Source: Rhynchopus sp. YZ270_cl-10
Lineage: Eukaryota
Direction of reading: 5' to 3'
NCBI GenBank assembly: GCA_964035575.1
Contig: OZ037841.1
Coordinates: 372,001 to 436,000, forward strand
Length of the DNA: 64,000 bases
Made by a program: the position numbers and the translations under genes. The first letter of the stretch is position 1, and the number at the start of each line of letters is the position of its first letter. Shown piece by piece: positions 24,001 through 36,156 of this stretch. The notes below the pieces were generated by a model. It saw nothing but the letters and a program-made list of their open reading frames with translations. It had not been told where the DNA came from and made no database searches.

Positions 24001-25412
24001 ACCCAGGAGAGGAAGATAGGGGGCTCGGAGTCAGGGAGTTCGAGGGTGAGCTGCATGTAGGGGTCGAACGTTATGTTGCTCATTCCACAGGTTCTGCATT
24101 GAAGGGTGCTCATCAACATGCCCATACAGCGTGCGACGAGAAAGGATTGGTTGCGGAGGAGATACCGTCTCCATGATTCCTCTGCCGCATCCTCAATGCG
24201 TAGGTCTTCATCATCTGCCTCAAATTTGGGGACAACAATCCGGGTTGTCACCTCGTTGTAGTCTTCATGCAACGCATCCAAAATCGCAGCAAGAAATTCC
24301 TGAGCATCCTGCTGCTGCGTTTCAACAAAGCAGGCCCGAAAATCTCCTACCTTAACCCACAACTCCTTTGTATTTCCTGGAGCACTCCGATGCGTCCAAA
24401 GATACCGTAGCAAAGACCCAACCGCGAGAGCAACAGAGCCTCCAGAACCTAATGGGTTGTCTTTGTTAAGATTTTCCAAATCGCAGTCGGTGCGGACAAA
24501 GAATTCGTGGAAGAGGGGGGTATGGGAGAGGGCCTGCATGACGGAGTTCATATAGCATTGTACTCCGCTGGGGTTGGTGATGCCGAAGCGGCCTGGGGAG
24601 AGGACCATGGGGTGGCCAAAGTGCTGTCCGTACTGTGCGTTGTTGAGGTAGGTCGTGCGGGTTCCGAAATAGGCTTCTGCGACAACGCCGTAGCCGGCGC
24701 CTCCGGTTGCTGCGTCGCTTTGGTATTCAGGGAGCAGGGCGCATGGTGGAGGGGGTGCGGGTTGTGCTTCTCTCCGTTTCGTTGCCTCAGAGAGCTCCCC
24801 AAGAAGGTGAAGGGTCGGCAACAGGATGTACCGTTCTCTCGCATCCAGTTCCGCATTGCCACATCCAGTCGCCATATACCTCGCCAAATCCCCCACCGCA
24901 GACGCAGAATGCAACACCGTAACCAAAGATTCCTTATAGTCAAACACCTCAACCTGGCCTGAAAACAGATCACACAACTTCTCTTCAGGGCGAACATAAA
25001 GAACCTGAGGAAGGTTAGGCTGAGGAGGCGTGCAAGGGGTAGGGGAGAGTGGACCGTGGTTTGAGGCGACGAGAAGGCGGATGATAATAGGAATTTCAAC
25101 GCCAGGTCGTGGCGCGTCGGCGACAAGGAGGGTGGCGAGGGTGTTCACATTTTGTCCTAAGGTAGGCCGAAAGCAGAACCCAGAGCGTTTCAAATAACGA
25201 AGAAAATTCGCGCAGAACCCCACATTTCTCAGACCAACCGCCACAGCTTCAGCTTCAGCAGTCGTTACAATATGATCATACCGTCTCACCCCAGCTGACG
25301 ACGCCACTATCATCGCTAACCCCCGTTTCACACCCCCACCCACGCTTCTAGGACCACCTCCAGCCATCCCATGGCCACTCTGTAATATTTCACTCTCTCT
25401 TGGGTATGACAT
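21015..25412 (-). CDS. Ubiquitin-specific protease (peptidase C19, USP4/11/15-like); exons 25412-21961, 21817-21712, 21518-21015
   Basis: Cys box GITNPSGVQCYMNSVMQAL, QQDAQEFL, CxxC pairs, LFVHIKRF, His box VVCHHG...GHYT. The spliced exon supplies EWLHFND...YLLVY. Confidence 0.92.
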
Positions 25413-26463
25413 TATGGGAGAGAGAGAGGGAGAGGGAGGGGAGAGGGGTTATTTGAACCAAAAGAGTGTGTTTATTTGGTAAAAAAAGAGGGTGAGAGAG
25501 AGGTGCGTTTGTGTGTTGCTTTGAGTACACAAAGCGGCTGGGTGGGGGAGGGGGGGTGCCCTGGGATGTGATGTGATGTTGGTTGGATTTTTTATATATC
25601 AGTCAATAATTGAGCCACCGGGACTTTTTTCCGTTTTTGTACAGAAAATTTTTTAATTTCTACTCGTCAAAAAAAATTGTCCGACCCCGCAATTAAAAGA
25701 TATCGACTCGGAAACCCATCCCCGCTGGGTTTTGAAAACTTTTGATGTCGTTGGTTCACCTCAGATGTGTGAGGGCCTCGACCAAAACCAGTTTTTCCAG
25801 TTTTCAGGTATAGGCCTGGGCGGTGGTATTTTACTAAAAAATCCTCAAAATTCAAAAAAAAATTGTTCGAATGGATTCAGATCGTGCAAAACAGTCAAAA
25901 TATCACTTTTGACAAAGAAAAAAAAGTGATCCTCACTGTTACGCAGCCACCCTCCTGACCCCCCTGGAACCTGGTTTTTGTGTAGGGGGCTCCCTGTACA
26001 AAGTCTTAAGGGAAGTCTGAAGGGTGGTTGGTGGCCATTTTTTGCCTACAAAAAATCGGGAAAAAAATTTTTTTCTTTCGGTTCTCGGGAGTCTGTGCGT
26101 GCTGTGATGGCGTCACTTTGCGCTCAGAAATGAGTATTTTTGACCTAAAATGCATGTGTCAGTTTAGACTGGCTGTACGCCGTTTTCCACGGTGTACAGC
26201 CACAACTACCCATGTACAGAAGAATTTTTAACTTCTACTCATTTCCAGAAATCGTGCGACCCCGCAATTAAAAGATATCGACTCGGAAATCCATCCCCGC
26301 AGGGTTTTGATTTTTTTGAAAAAATTCGGTGGGTCGCATTCATGCAATTCATTTTCGACTTTTTGGGATTCACCAATCCGGAGCAGACCTGACGCTAAAC
26401 AGTTACGAAAATCGCACTTTTTGGGCTTGGAATTCGGGTTTTTTTACGGGTTTTTTTACACGG

Positions 26464-27045
26464 CAGGGCATTATATAGGTTTCGGGGGTTTTCGCTGAAA
26501 CTCGGTCAAAACTCGGTCGAGCCCGGGCGCGCTTCGCGCGCCCGGGTCCCCACCTTAGCTCAAGTTGGGGGCCTCCGGCGGAATGTGAGAATTCCTCGGA
26601 GTTCGGCACTTCATTTATATTTGTGCCAGGCACACGTGGTACACGAATTATCAGTAACCTCAGTACATTCACAAAAGAAACGGCGGTCATGGCACCCAAG
26701 CGAAGCCACGGTACGCAACATTTCAAAAAAATGCGCAGAAGGGTGGCTGCAAGCTTGCGCCGCAGGCGCACGGTACGCTACTTTTTTATTTTCGTCGTGC
26801 TGCATGCTTCGTTTTCCTTCGGCGCTTGACCAATCGAGTCGCGTTCTGCCTGTGACGGGGTCACTTTGTTCATGAGGCCATTTCTGGTCACTCTCAGAGG
26901 CTCGTGTGAGGTACCAAAGAAAACCGATTTTTTCCCCCAAGATTTGTCATTTTTTTTTTTTTATTTGGCCTGACCGAGTTTTAGTTAAGGCTTGCTGTAA
27001 ACTCGGTCAGGCTGACCGAGTTTTACCCCACTATATAATCCCCTG
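26464..27045. mobile_element. hAT-like MITE (nest level 3)
   Basis: TIR CAGGG(C/G)ATTATATAG. 8-bp TSD TTACACGG. Confidence 0.85.
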
Positions 27046-27203
27046 TTACACGGGAAAAAGGTACATTTTTCGACCCTGGCCCATGTCTGGTGGTGAAAAT
27101 CATATTTTTTTTGCCCACATGATACGTTTCGAACACACTTATCGCTAAATATGCCGTTTTCCCCGAAAATTTTGAGAACCCCACGTCCAATTTCTTTCGT
27201 TTT

Positions 27204-27317
27204 TGGTGCTCCGGGAGGGGTCGATATTGACAGGTCGCTGACAGGTCGCTGACACAGGGACTCTATACACACACCCCCTGATATTGACAGGTCGTTGACC
27301 GACTTCCGAAAGCACCA
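27204..27317. mobile_element. TGGTGCT...AGCACCA mini-element, 5-bp TSD
   Basis: TSD GTTTT. Near-identical to 48836-48949. Confidence 0.85.
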
Positions 27318-27514
27318 GTTTTGGAGAAAAAAAAATTCGCGCTGCGCGCGAAAAAGGTCCTCAGAAGCTCAATTCCGAAAGCAAATACGGGGAGCGAAGT
27401 CTTCCAACTCCTCCGCCATCAGCAGGAACACCTCCGTTTTCTCTTGAACCTGTTACGCTTGTGCTGAGAAACAAGGCAACAGCGTGTTCAAGAATATTCC
27501 CCATCTTTTCGTTG

Positions 27515-27660
27515 TTAAACTCGGTGCCTGTTCATGAAGAACCATCAGCTTCTCAATAGTGCTGTGAGAAAGGCGGTGGCGTCTCTTTGCGTAGATGTAG
27601 TCAGGAGAGAGAATCCTTGTTCAACAGCAACCAAAGACGGGGAGTGCACTACCGGTGCAG
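27515..27660 (-). pseudogene. hAT transposase C-terminal dimerisation-domain remnant
   Basis: HSPSLVAVEQGFSLL, then after a frameshift DYIYAKRRHRLSHSTIEKLM..MNRH. Resembles the hAT pattern P.TSA.VER.FS......KR.RL....E.L...N. Confidence 0.7.
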
Positions 27661-28193
27661 CCTACAAAACCCGTGCGAGAGTGTCCCCATTTTCCAAGAA
27701 AACTTCGAAAAAACCGCGTTCTGGCGAAGCCATGGTACGCCACATTTCAAAATTGCGCTTAAAATTGCACTTTTTTCGCAGCCAAACTATGTCATAAGAA
27801 GGGTGTAATGCAAGCTTGCGCCGCAGGCGCACGGTACGCTACTTTTTTCTTTGGCCATATCCTTCTTTCTCACTCCTTTGGGTTCGACGTGCTCCGTCCA
27901 TCAAATGGTGGGGTCACAACATGCAGCAAAGTTTGCAACTACGCAAACTGCCCCCACGTTCACTTTGTACTTTTCCTTCAGAAGACAAGTACCATCGGGA
28001 ACATACGGAACTGAATTTTTTTTTGCGAAGCAAAAAAAAATAATATAAAATGGCGCCGCAGGCGAAAAAAATTAGGGCACGGTGTAAAAATATAGCTATT
28101 TACACCACAGAGCAGTCACTCAACGAACCCTTTTTGCGGAGCAAAAAATGAAAAATGGCGCCGCAGGCAAAAAAAAAAATTGAAGGTACAGCC

Positions 28194-29621
28194 CATGTGT
28201 GTTTGGGCAATGTGATTCCGATGCCCGATTTGAGAAATTCTCAGAATCCGAGAAAAATTTCTATGGGTTTTTTGTACAGGGGGGTTTTTTTTTTCTATGG
28301 GTTTTTTGTGTAGGATTTTTTTTTTCCCCTAGGGATTTTCTCATAGGCTTTTTGCATATGGTGTGACCCCACCACGTTCCGCAATCGGTCCGGAAAGTCC
28401 AAAAAAGGAGAAGAAAAAAAAAAGAAAAAAAAAAAAAAAAAAAAGTCCCGTACCGTTTGCCTGCGGCGCTCAATCCAGAATATCACTGATCGATTTATGA
28501 TCCGGTTTCGTTTCGGCCACACAGTGTCACTGGGGAAAGGTGTGCAGTCTGTGACCACACGATACGTAATGATAACCCACAATTCCTCCTCACCCAAATC
28601 AACATCATTCAGAACAGAACATCCCAATCCAAAAATGTCTCTGTGGTCTCATGTGGTTGAAGGTGAGTCGACGAAGGTGACGGGGAATGTGACGTTTGGC
28701 ACATCTTCCATCCTGCAGTGCCTCTGCACTACGGTGTTGGTCTCGGGAAAAGGTGTTCTCGGGACAACCCTGGCGTCCCTTCGTGTTGCAGACGAATCAG
28801 GTTATCCCTATAAGTTTGGGAAGCGTGCGCGATAAACAGCTTGTAGGCTGCCGATGCAACCAGGGTTGTTTCTAGGGGGGTCGGGGGGGGTCACTGACCC
28901 CCCCCCCCAGATTCTGGGGGGTCAAATTGACCCCCCCCGGGGGGTCAATTTTACCCCCAGAATCTGGCACGGTGCGCTGGTCAGCCTCACCCCCCTGTAA
29001 AAAATTACATATTTTCCCCCGAACTACACGTTTTCCACCCACCACCAGTGTTGGCACTGGTGAAGAGCGACAACACCCGCACCGACTACACCACGTGGAA
29101 CGGTGATGGGAGTGTGAAAAAAGATTTGGCGAAAATAATAAAAGTAGCGTACCGTGCGCCTGCGGCGCAAGCTTACATGACACCCTTCCCATGACATAGT
29201 TTGGCTGTACAATAGTGCAATTTTAAGCGCAATTTTAGAAATGTTGCGTACCGTGGCTTCGCCAGGAACCGTTGGGTACCATGGCCACCGTTTCTTTACC
29301 TGTTTCATACCCGCACAGAAGCTACATACCACCATGATATTCTGAAGCTTTGGGGTATGGGGTTTTCTTGGTGAGATCGAGGCTTCGTCGAGAAAGCTCG
29401 GAATACACCCAAAAACCCTTGAAAGACCATTTTTTCCCGGCGGAAAAAAAAATTTTTTTTGGGAAAAAAATTGACCCCCCCCCGAGAGAAAAAACGAGAT
29501 CCTAGAAACAACCCTGGATGCAACCCAAAAAAAAAAAGTCCCATGTAAAAAACCCATAGAAATTTTTGTGATGCCCACCCCCAAATTCTCGAAAAAAGGG
29601 TGTGATGCCCATACACACATG
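28194..29621. mobile_element. hAT/P-like non-autonomous element (nest level 3)
   Basis: TIR CATGTGTGT(T/A)TGGGCA. 8-bp TSD GTACAGCC. Confidence 0.88.
28861..29516. mobile_element. hAT-like MITE (nest level 4)
   Basis: 16-bp TIR CAGGGTTGTTTCTAGG. 8-bp TSD GATGCAAC. Confidence 0.9.
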
Positions 29622-29986
29622 GTACAGCCTCCCGGGTCAACCCTACAGAATTTTCCCGTAAAAAAAAAAGACTCCTCAAAATTTCCCGGAAAAAAAAGGA
29701 TTTTCCCGCGTAAAATTTCCCGTAAAAAAAACGACTTCCCCACGTAAAATTTCCCGTAAAAAAAACGACCTCTCAAGGATTTTGGAATTCCACTACGCGG
29801 TTTAGCAACATCCCTGATCCGGAGTTCAAAATTTTTTTATTTTTATTTTTATTTTTATTTCTTTGCATTCCGCTGCTCAAAATCTTTCAATTGCGGGGTC
29901 GGACAATTTTTTTTGACGATCAGTTTTTTGTTCAACGAACCTTTGGAGAAAAGTCCCGGTGGTTCAGTTATTGACTGATATATGAT

Positions 29987-30092
29987 TGGTGCTCCTGACG
30001 ACCCCATATTGCGTACTTGTTGCGCACTTTGTGCAGGAATGTCTTATAATGCGTAGTTGTTGCGTACTTGGTATTTTATTTCTGGGGTACCC
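29987..30092. mobile_element. TGGTGCT mini-element, second subfamily, 5-bp TSD
   Basis: TSD ATGAT. Internal TTGCGTAC repeats shared with 48954-49121. Confidence 0.8.
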
Positions 30093-30339
30093 ATGATGAG
30101 GTTTTGGGTCGTAGGGTGTGGATAATAGACACAATGAAGCTGGTGGTGGTGTTGGTGGTGTCAGACTGTTAAAAAGCTCGTTTTGATTTTCAGTGTATCG
30201 TCAGTCCCACAAAAGGGGTAGGTGTTGGATCCAGATGAAAAACTGTCATCATTTTTGAGTGTGTGCTATGATCTGTTCTTCCGTCTCTTGGGACAGTAAT
30301 ACCAAAAAATAATGGGTGAGGGGGCATGTACCGTTTTTT

Positions 30340-30610
30340 TCAGAGTGTTTTTGTATTTTTTTGTATGTTTTTTTTTTTGTTTTTGTCTTTTTTTTTGAAA
30401 GCTGTTTTGGTTTGCATCAGTGTACCCACCCAAAATAAGATATTCCAGTAGTGTTTGTTTTTGTATTTTTTCTTTTTTTTTTCGGCTGTTTTTTTTTTTT
30501 TTTTTTGTTTGCTTTTTTTTTTGTTGTTTTTGTATGTTTTTTTTTTTTGTTTTTTTTGCATTTTTTTTTGGCTTTTTTTTTTCTTTTTTTGTTTTTTTTT
30601 TTTTTGTTAG
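30340..30610. repeat. Low-complexity poly-T/TTTG tract
   Basis: Nearly pure T with interspersed G and C. A similar tract lies at about 39385-39720. Confidence 0.9.
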
Positions 30611-32318
30611 GTGGGAAGGTGTGTGAGCACCTGACCTCTCTCCGCCAAAAAAGAAGGAGGAGTGTATGTGTGGATTTTTTTTTGTGTGAATTTGTTAAAT
30701 TTTGTGTTTTGTTTTGGAATATGAAGAGAAGAAAAGAAACAACAAAAGACCTCCCCCTACATCTCCCCTCAAGAAAAAAAGAACAACAATCCCTCGGAAG
30801 AAATATGGATTGAAGCAAAAAAAAGGGGCGATTATTAAAATGTTGAAAATCATCATTTTTTCTTTACTTTTCTTGGCTTTTAGTGAGGTGAGGGGGGTAC
30901 AATCAACCCCCTTCTTCGGAACCTTTAAGGACGTTCTTCTTCTCTCCCCCTCTCCCTGTGTGTGTGTGTGTTTTTAATATAAATATGAAACAGTTTTGTT
31001 ATGTTGGCAATAACCATCAAGATAGGCCCTGTGAGTCACAGCGTAGCCCAAAAAAGTATTGCCGTTTTTTTTGGAGACACAGTCACCATTTTATTCTTTT
31101 TCGTTTTAAAAAAAAGGTTGTGTTTCTTTTCCCCCCTACTGTTTGCCCCCCCCTAAAATTCCCCCACTCTTAGAGCCCCTATTTAAAACCTTACCTCGTT
31201 GCACATCATCCCCAGGACCCATTACAATAGGGTAGCGGCCCATCACAATACGCTTCGCAATAGAAAAAAAAAGAAAGGTTTATAAGATGATCCTGAGCTC
31301 TCGTTGCTTGGTCACCTTGTGGAAAAAAAATGTGTCTTGAAATGCCAAGCCCTCTCGTGACCACGCTCCGCACCAAAAAGAAGAAGAAGAAGGCTTCACG
31401 CATGAGAGTTTATGTGCCTCTCGTGCTGAAGAAGAAAAGTATGAAAAAAAAGTTGAGATGAACCCGAGCCTCTCCCTGCTTGATCACCAAAACAGATAAC
31501 GCCCTGAGGATCACTTTTCGTGTAGCGCACTTCAGGTTAATTCAGAGAAACTTTTTTTCATAAGAACCTGGATAGACCCTAAAGAAACGAACACCGAACA
31601 CCAGGTACGCACACCTGAAAACAAAAATGAAAACATGAAGAAGAAGAATTGTTTCATATACTAACTATTCTACTGAATAGATGGTATAATAGGGTGCACT
31701 AAATGTACCCAAACTTTTTTTTTTTACTTTATGTGGATTGTTTGTTTCTGATAGTGACGTGACTCGTTTTTTTATGTTTTTTTTTTGGAAAAGAAAGTTT
31801 CATGTACCCATTAATAAAAGTCCGTGAGGTTACAGCCAGTAAAATTTACCTCTTAAAAATAGCATTATCCTCGTTGGTACGGATTATATGGGCTGACAAT
31901 AAAAAGGAGATGGATACAGCCAGTACATTTTACCTCTCCATTAAATGTAGCATTATCCATATAAATACAGATTCTGGGCTGACACTCGTTTTAGTGGTTT
32001 CGAGCTGCCTGCTCCTAGACCACCTCGACAAAAACCCTGCGGCAGCAAACTCATCAGTAGGAGCAAGGGTTTAAAATATTGAGAGAAACACAAACACGGG
32101 TTGGGAGGGATGGGAGGGATGGGGGTGAGGCGGGATGTTTGGACTATAGTTTTATCAAATTGACTTCTTCTTTGTTTTTCCAGGTTTTTTTTGGGGAAAA
32201 AGCAATGTTCTCTTTTTTTTTGTTTATTGATATTGTCCACAATATAACCAGTAATTCTCGAGACAATATCCTGTTTTTTTTGTTTTGTTTTGAAAAGCAA
32301 ATAAAATCTTTTAGTTTT

Positions 32319-34262
32319 GGGAGATAGTCAGACTTACCCTACCCTATTTTGAAAAAGTTCAGACTTGCCCTATGAAAAAGTTCAGACTTGCCCGAAAATA
32401 AGTTCAGACTTGCCCTAAAAGTGTTTTTAGGGCAAGTCTGAACTTATTTTTAGGGCAAACACTTTTTTTAGGGCAAGTCTGAACTTTTTTAGGGCAAGTC
32501 TGAACTTATTTTTAGGGCAAACACTTTTTTTAGGGCAAGTCTGAACTTTTTTAGGGTAAGTCTGAACTTATTTTAGGGCAACAAGTCAGGCCACTTTGGC
32601 TGGGGCACTCTTGGGGCCCCATGGTATGGTGGTATGACTTGTTTTATTGCCCTAAAATGCCTAACCGAGCCGGAGCCCAAAAATTGATGCCAGAAACCAC
32701 CAGCCACCCGGAAAGGGTGAACAGGCAGTCCACGTTGGGCCAGAACCGGTTACAAAGGAAGCCGTGTTCTGGGGCAACGTGGGGCGCAAAGTTTTACAAT
32801 TTTCATGCACGGGTGCTCCACAAATTACCAAGTATTCCTTCTTTGTTGAATTGAGAGAGAGTCAGTGTTTAGCTACCACGCGGGTTTGCTTAGAATCCTT
32901 CGAGGCCGGCACAATTTTATTTATGTGGTCGGTTAAGACATGCCTATTGAAGAACAACGAGGTCATCGTTGAAAGGAGCGAACTCCCCTTCCCACAACAT
33001 CTCTCACATTTCAACTCAGAATTCATACTTGGTTATTTGCTTTGTCCATACGCAATCAAATTGTCATGCTTTCAAGAGCATGCCTGGCCAAAATGCAACA
33101 ACGTGGAAAAATTGTTGTTGTTCCAAAAGGCAACAAGACCACCCACAACAAGGGGTTGAATTGTGCACTGTCCGGGGGAGCGCAAAGTTTTTTCCCTGTA
33201 CACAGTGGACACATCTTTATCACTTTGTTCCCACGGGGACACATTTGGATACTGCACGCATGCAGAAGTGCCAGACATGTCCGCACGTGGAGTGGAGTGT
33301 CCATCATGTTTTCCTGGTTTCCAAAAAGCAGTTTTCTTGCACTTACTATTTGCCCCGGTGTCTGGCAATAGAAGTGGCTAACATTGTAATGAGTAGCATA
33401 TACATACCGTTGATCCAAATGAGTAAGGCGACCAACAAGTCCTCTGGACTTTTTTGTTGTGACGACAATCGCGGAGTAATCCCGGAGAATTACATCCTCG
33501 TATAAAAAGTTAAAGGTAGAGGTGGGGAAACTGTAGCTATAGAAATAGTTGTTGCAGTAGTGCAGACACCCGAGGGTGCACCACTATGCTTTTCTTTGGT
33601 TGTATCGACAATTTTACGTACATGATGTAGGACCTGTACAATGTCGCCCAAAGGCTTTGTACTTACTGCAGTAATCGGTATTTTTTTTTTGTTACTACTA
33701 CGTCGTGTTCTATGAGGAGTCGCGTTTGGGTGCGGAAGTCTTTTTTCTGGTCTCTGTTCTGTACGGGTCTCGGATCGTGCGGTACTGCGGTGCGGTACCT
33801 GAGAGTTTTTTAGAGTGATGATAAAGGTCAGAGGGTTTTCCCCTCCCATTTGTGTCATTATTTAATTTTGCTCGGAAAGTGGGGTGTCCTGGACACGAGG
33901 AAATTCAGTTGCATGGAAAAAAAGCTCCATACCATAGGTTGCTCATTTCACTACCAGGACTCGTCGCGAATAGCCCATACGTGCCCTAAACAGAAACGCA
34001 AAAACGACGACCGCCGGGCTCTGTAACCCAAGAGCCCCCAGCTTGCCCAATAAATAAGTGCAGGGTTGCCCTAAAAAAGTTCAGACTTGCCCTAAAAAAA
34101 GTGTTTGCCCTAAAAATAAGTTCAGACTTGCCCGAAATAAGTTCAGACTTGCCCGAAATAAGTTCAGACTTGCCCTAAAAACACTTTTAGGGCAAGTCTG
34201 AACTTATTTCGGGCAAGTCTGAACTTTTTCAAAATAGGGTAGGGTAAATCTGACTATTTCCC
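32319..34262. mobile_element. Mutator-like (MULE) non-autonomous element
   Basis: GGG...CCC ends and a long TIR GGGA(G/A)ATAGTCAGA(C/T)TTACCCTACCCTATTTTGAAAAAGTTCAGACTTGCCC, with arrays of AAGTTCAGACTTGCCC in both orientations. 9-bp TSD TTTAGTTTT. Confidence 0.88.
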
Positions 34263-34310
34263 TTTAGTTTTTTTATTTTTTTTGAAGAAAAAAAAAAACC
34301 ACCCCCCAGC

Positions 34311-35519
34311 CAGGCTTTGCGCTAACTTCTGTCCTTTGTCCCGGGATTTTTGGATATTTTTGTGGTGCGTTTTTTTTTTGCAAACCGGGGTTTCCTTAAG
34401 AAAACCAGAGAATCTCATATTTCATAGTAAGGGTACTTTAGAGTGTTTTCACACACATGTGACCCCACCGTGGAGAGCAATCGGCTCGCGCGATCAAAAG
34501 AAAGCAGAGAAAAGGGAAAAGAAAAAAAGAAAAAGTTGGGTACCGTGCGCCTGCGGCGCTACCTGTTCCTACCCTCCTTTATGTTTAAACATGATGTACT
34601 TATGTACAGTTCATTTTATTTTGAGTACGACTCCACATCCCCCCTGAGGATGATCCCCCCTCCCTCACGGATAAAGATTGATTAGGACGCCATGGGGCAC
34701 ACCCCCTCCGAGGCCATAACCGTCCTGGGTTTTCTCACTCTTCTCTGTGGTCACTGAAACCCCACCGCCATCACTACGTTACCGATAGCTTCTTCAGTAC
34801 GTTGGGTTTTCAGACCTGAAAATAACCCTTGTTTACGAGTATGGGCTCATGTTTTGTCAAATTTTAAGTCGCTGCATTTTTGTCCATTTTTCCGTACATC
34901 CCCCACCACAATCCAGCCAAAGCAATACAGAGAGAACCAGCCAATTTTTCAACATACAAACGATTTTTATATCCCCCACCACAATCCGGGATTGGTTCGG
35001 AAATGCAACGAAACGACCTCTTGGCGGGAAAAAGCCACAGGAAATTTGCGCACTTTTTGCAAACAGGGGTTTCCTTACTAAAACCAGAGGAATCTCATCG
35101 TTCAGAGTAAGGGTACTTTAGAGTGTTTTGCGCACAAATGTGACCCCACCGTGGAGAGCAATCGGCTCGTGCAATCAAAGGAAAGCAGAGAAAAGGGAAA
35201 AATAAAAGACAAAAGTTGGGTACCGTGCGCCTGCGGCGCTACCTGTTCCCAGTCAAAACACCACAATTTCATCTGAATTTGGGTTTTCAGACCTGAAAAT
35301 GCCCCTTGTTTAAGAGCATGGGTTCATATTTTGTGAAAATTTAAGTCACTAAAATTTTGTCCATTTTCCCGAATATGCCCCACCACAACGCGGGATTGGC
35401 TCGGAAATGCCACAAAACACTGTTTTTTCACCCCCTGACGCAGAACTATTTGAGGTGCGTTTTTTTGGTCCCGAAACACGATTTTTCAGATTTTTTTCCA
35501 AAAGTTAGCGCGAAGCCTG
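34311..35519. mobile_element. hAT-like element with internal tandem duplication
   Basis: TIR CAGGCTT(T/C)GCGCTAACTT. 8-bp TSD CCCCCAGC. The block at about 34380-34570 is repeated at about 35060-35250. Confidence 0.88.
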
Positions 35520-36156
35520 CCCCCAGCGAGAAACCTATGTCCTTAACAAAAGAGAATTGATACAAGCCTCGCTGAGTCACATTGTTCTTCGGGGGGAGAC
35601 AGGGGGAAAGACACACACAAAACACATGGGGCCATATTCTGCGCAAGAATTACCCCCCTATTAGCTGTCAAACACACACACATTTGCATATGGGTAATAT
35701 TTTCACTCTCAAGAACGACCCCACATTTGCTTTCAAACACACACATACACAAACTGAGATGGGACAAGGGGACAAGGGGACATGGTGGGGGGAGCCTTTT
35801 TTTTTTTTTTTTCAAGTGTTTTTTTTAAATTGCATTGGTGACAATTTTTCGCACTCCATTGTTAATAAAAATAGCTATTTTGTTTAGATAGAATTGGTCA
35901 TACCCAGGGGAAAACAAACACTGCCCATTTTTTTCGCCTTGCCACCCCCCTTTTTTGGTCAAGAAGTTGAATGTACAAAAAGAAAAATAAGAAATAAATC
36001 TGACGCGATTGGAGAAAAAAAAGGGGGTGGCTGGAATCTCGCAAATGTTTAAAAAAAAAAGGGGGAAAAGTTGGTAGAGCTGTAAGCCTTGCAGTGCTTA
36101 GTCTCCTAAAAAAAAAGAGTATCAAAAAATAAGAGTTAAAAAACTACTTCATTTCC

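Larger units (their letters stand above)
26384..29816. mobile_element. Internally deleted hAT transposon (nest level 2)
   Basis: 8-bp TSD ATCCGGAG at 26376-83 and 29817-24. Imperfect TIR CAG...TG..GCTAAAC. Contains a hAT dimerisation-domain remnant. Confidence 0.75.
25599..29978. mobile_element. Outer TIR element (TA/ATAT-flanked, mariner-like ends) of a nested transposon stack
   Basis: TIR TCAGTCAATAA(T/C)TGA(G/A)CCACCGGGACTTTT plus the inner inverted block GTCAAAAAAAATTGTCCGACCCCGCAATT. TA-repeat flanks. Confidence 0.85.

Noticed and set aside
30340..30818. Lys- or Phe-rich ORFs (also 38718-39820 and many beyond 47 kb)
   Set aside because: Translations of poly-A/poly-T low-complexity DNA with no domain signal.
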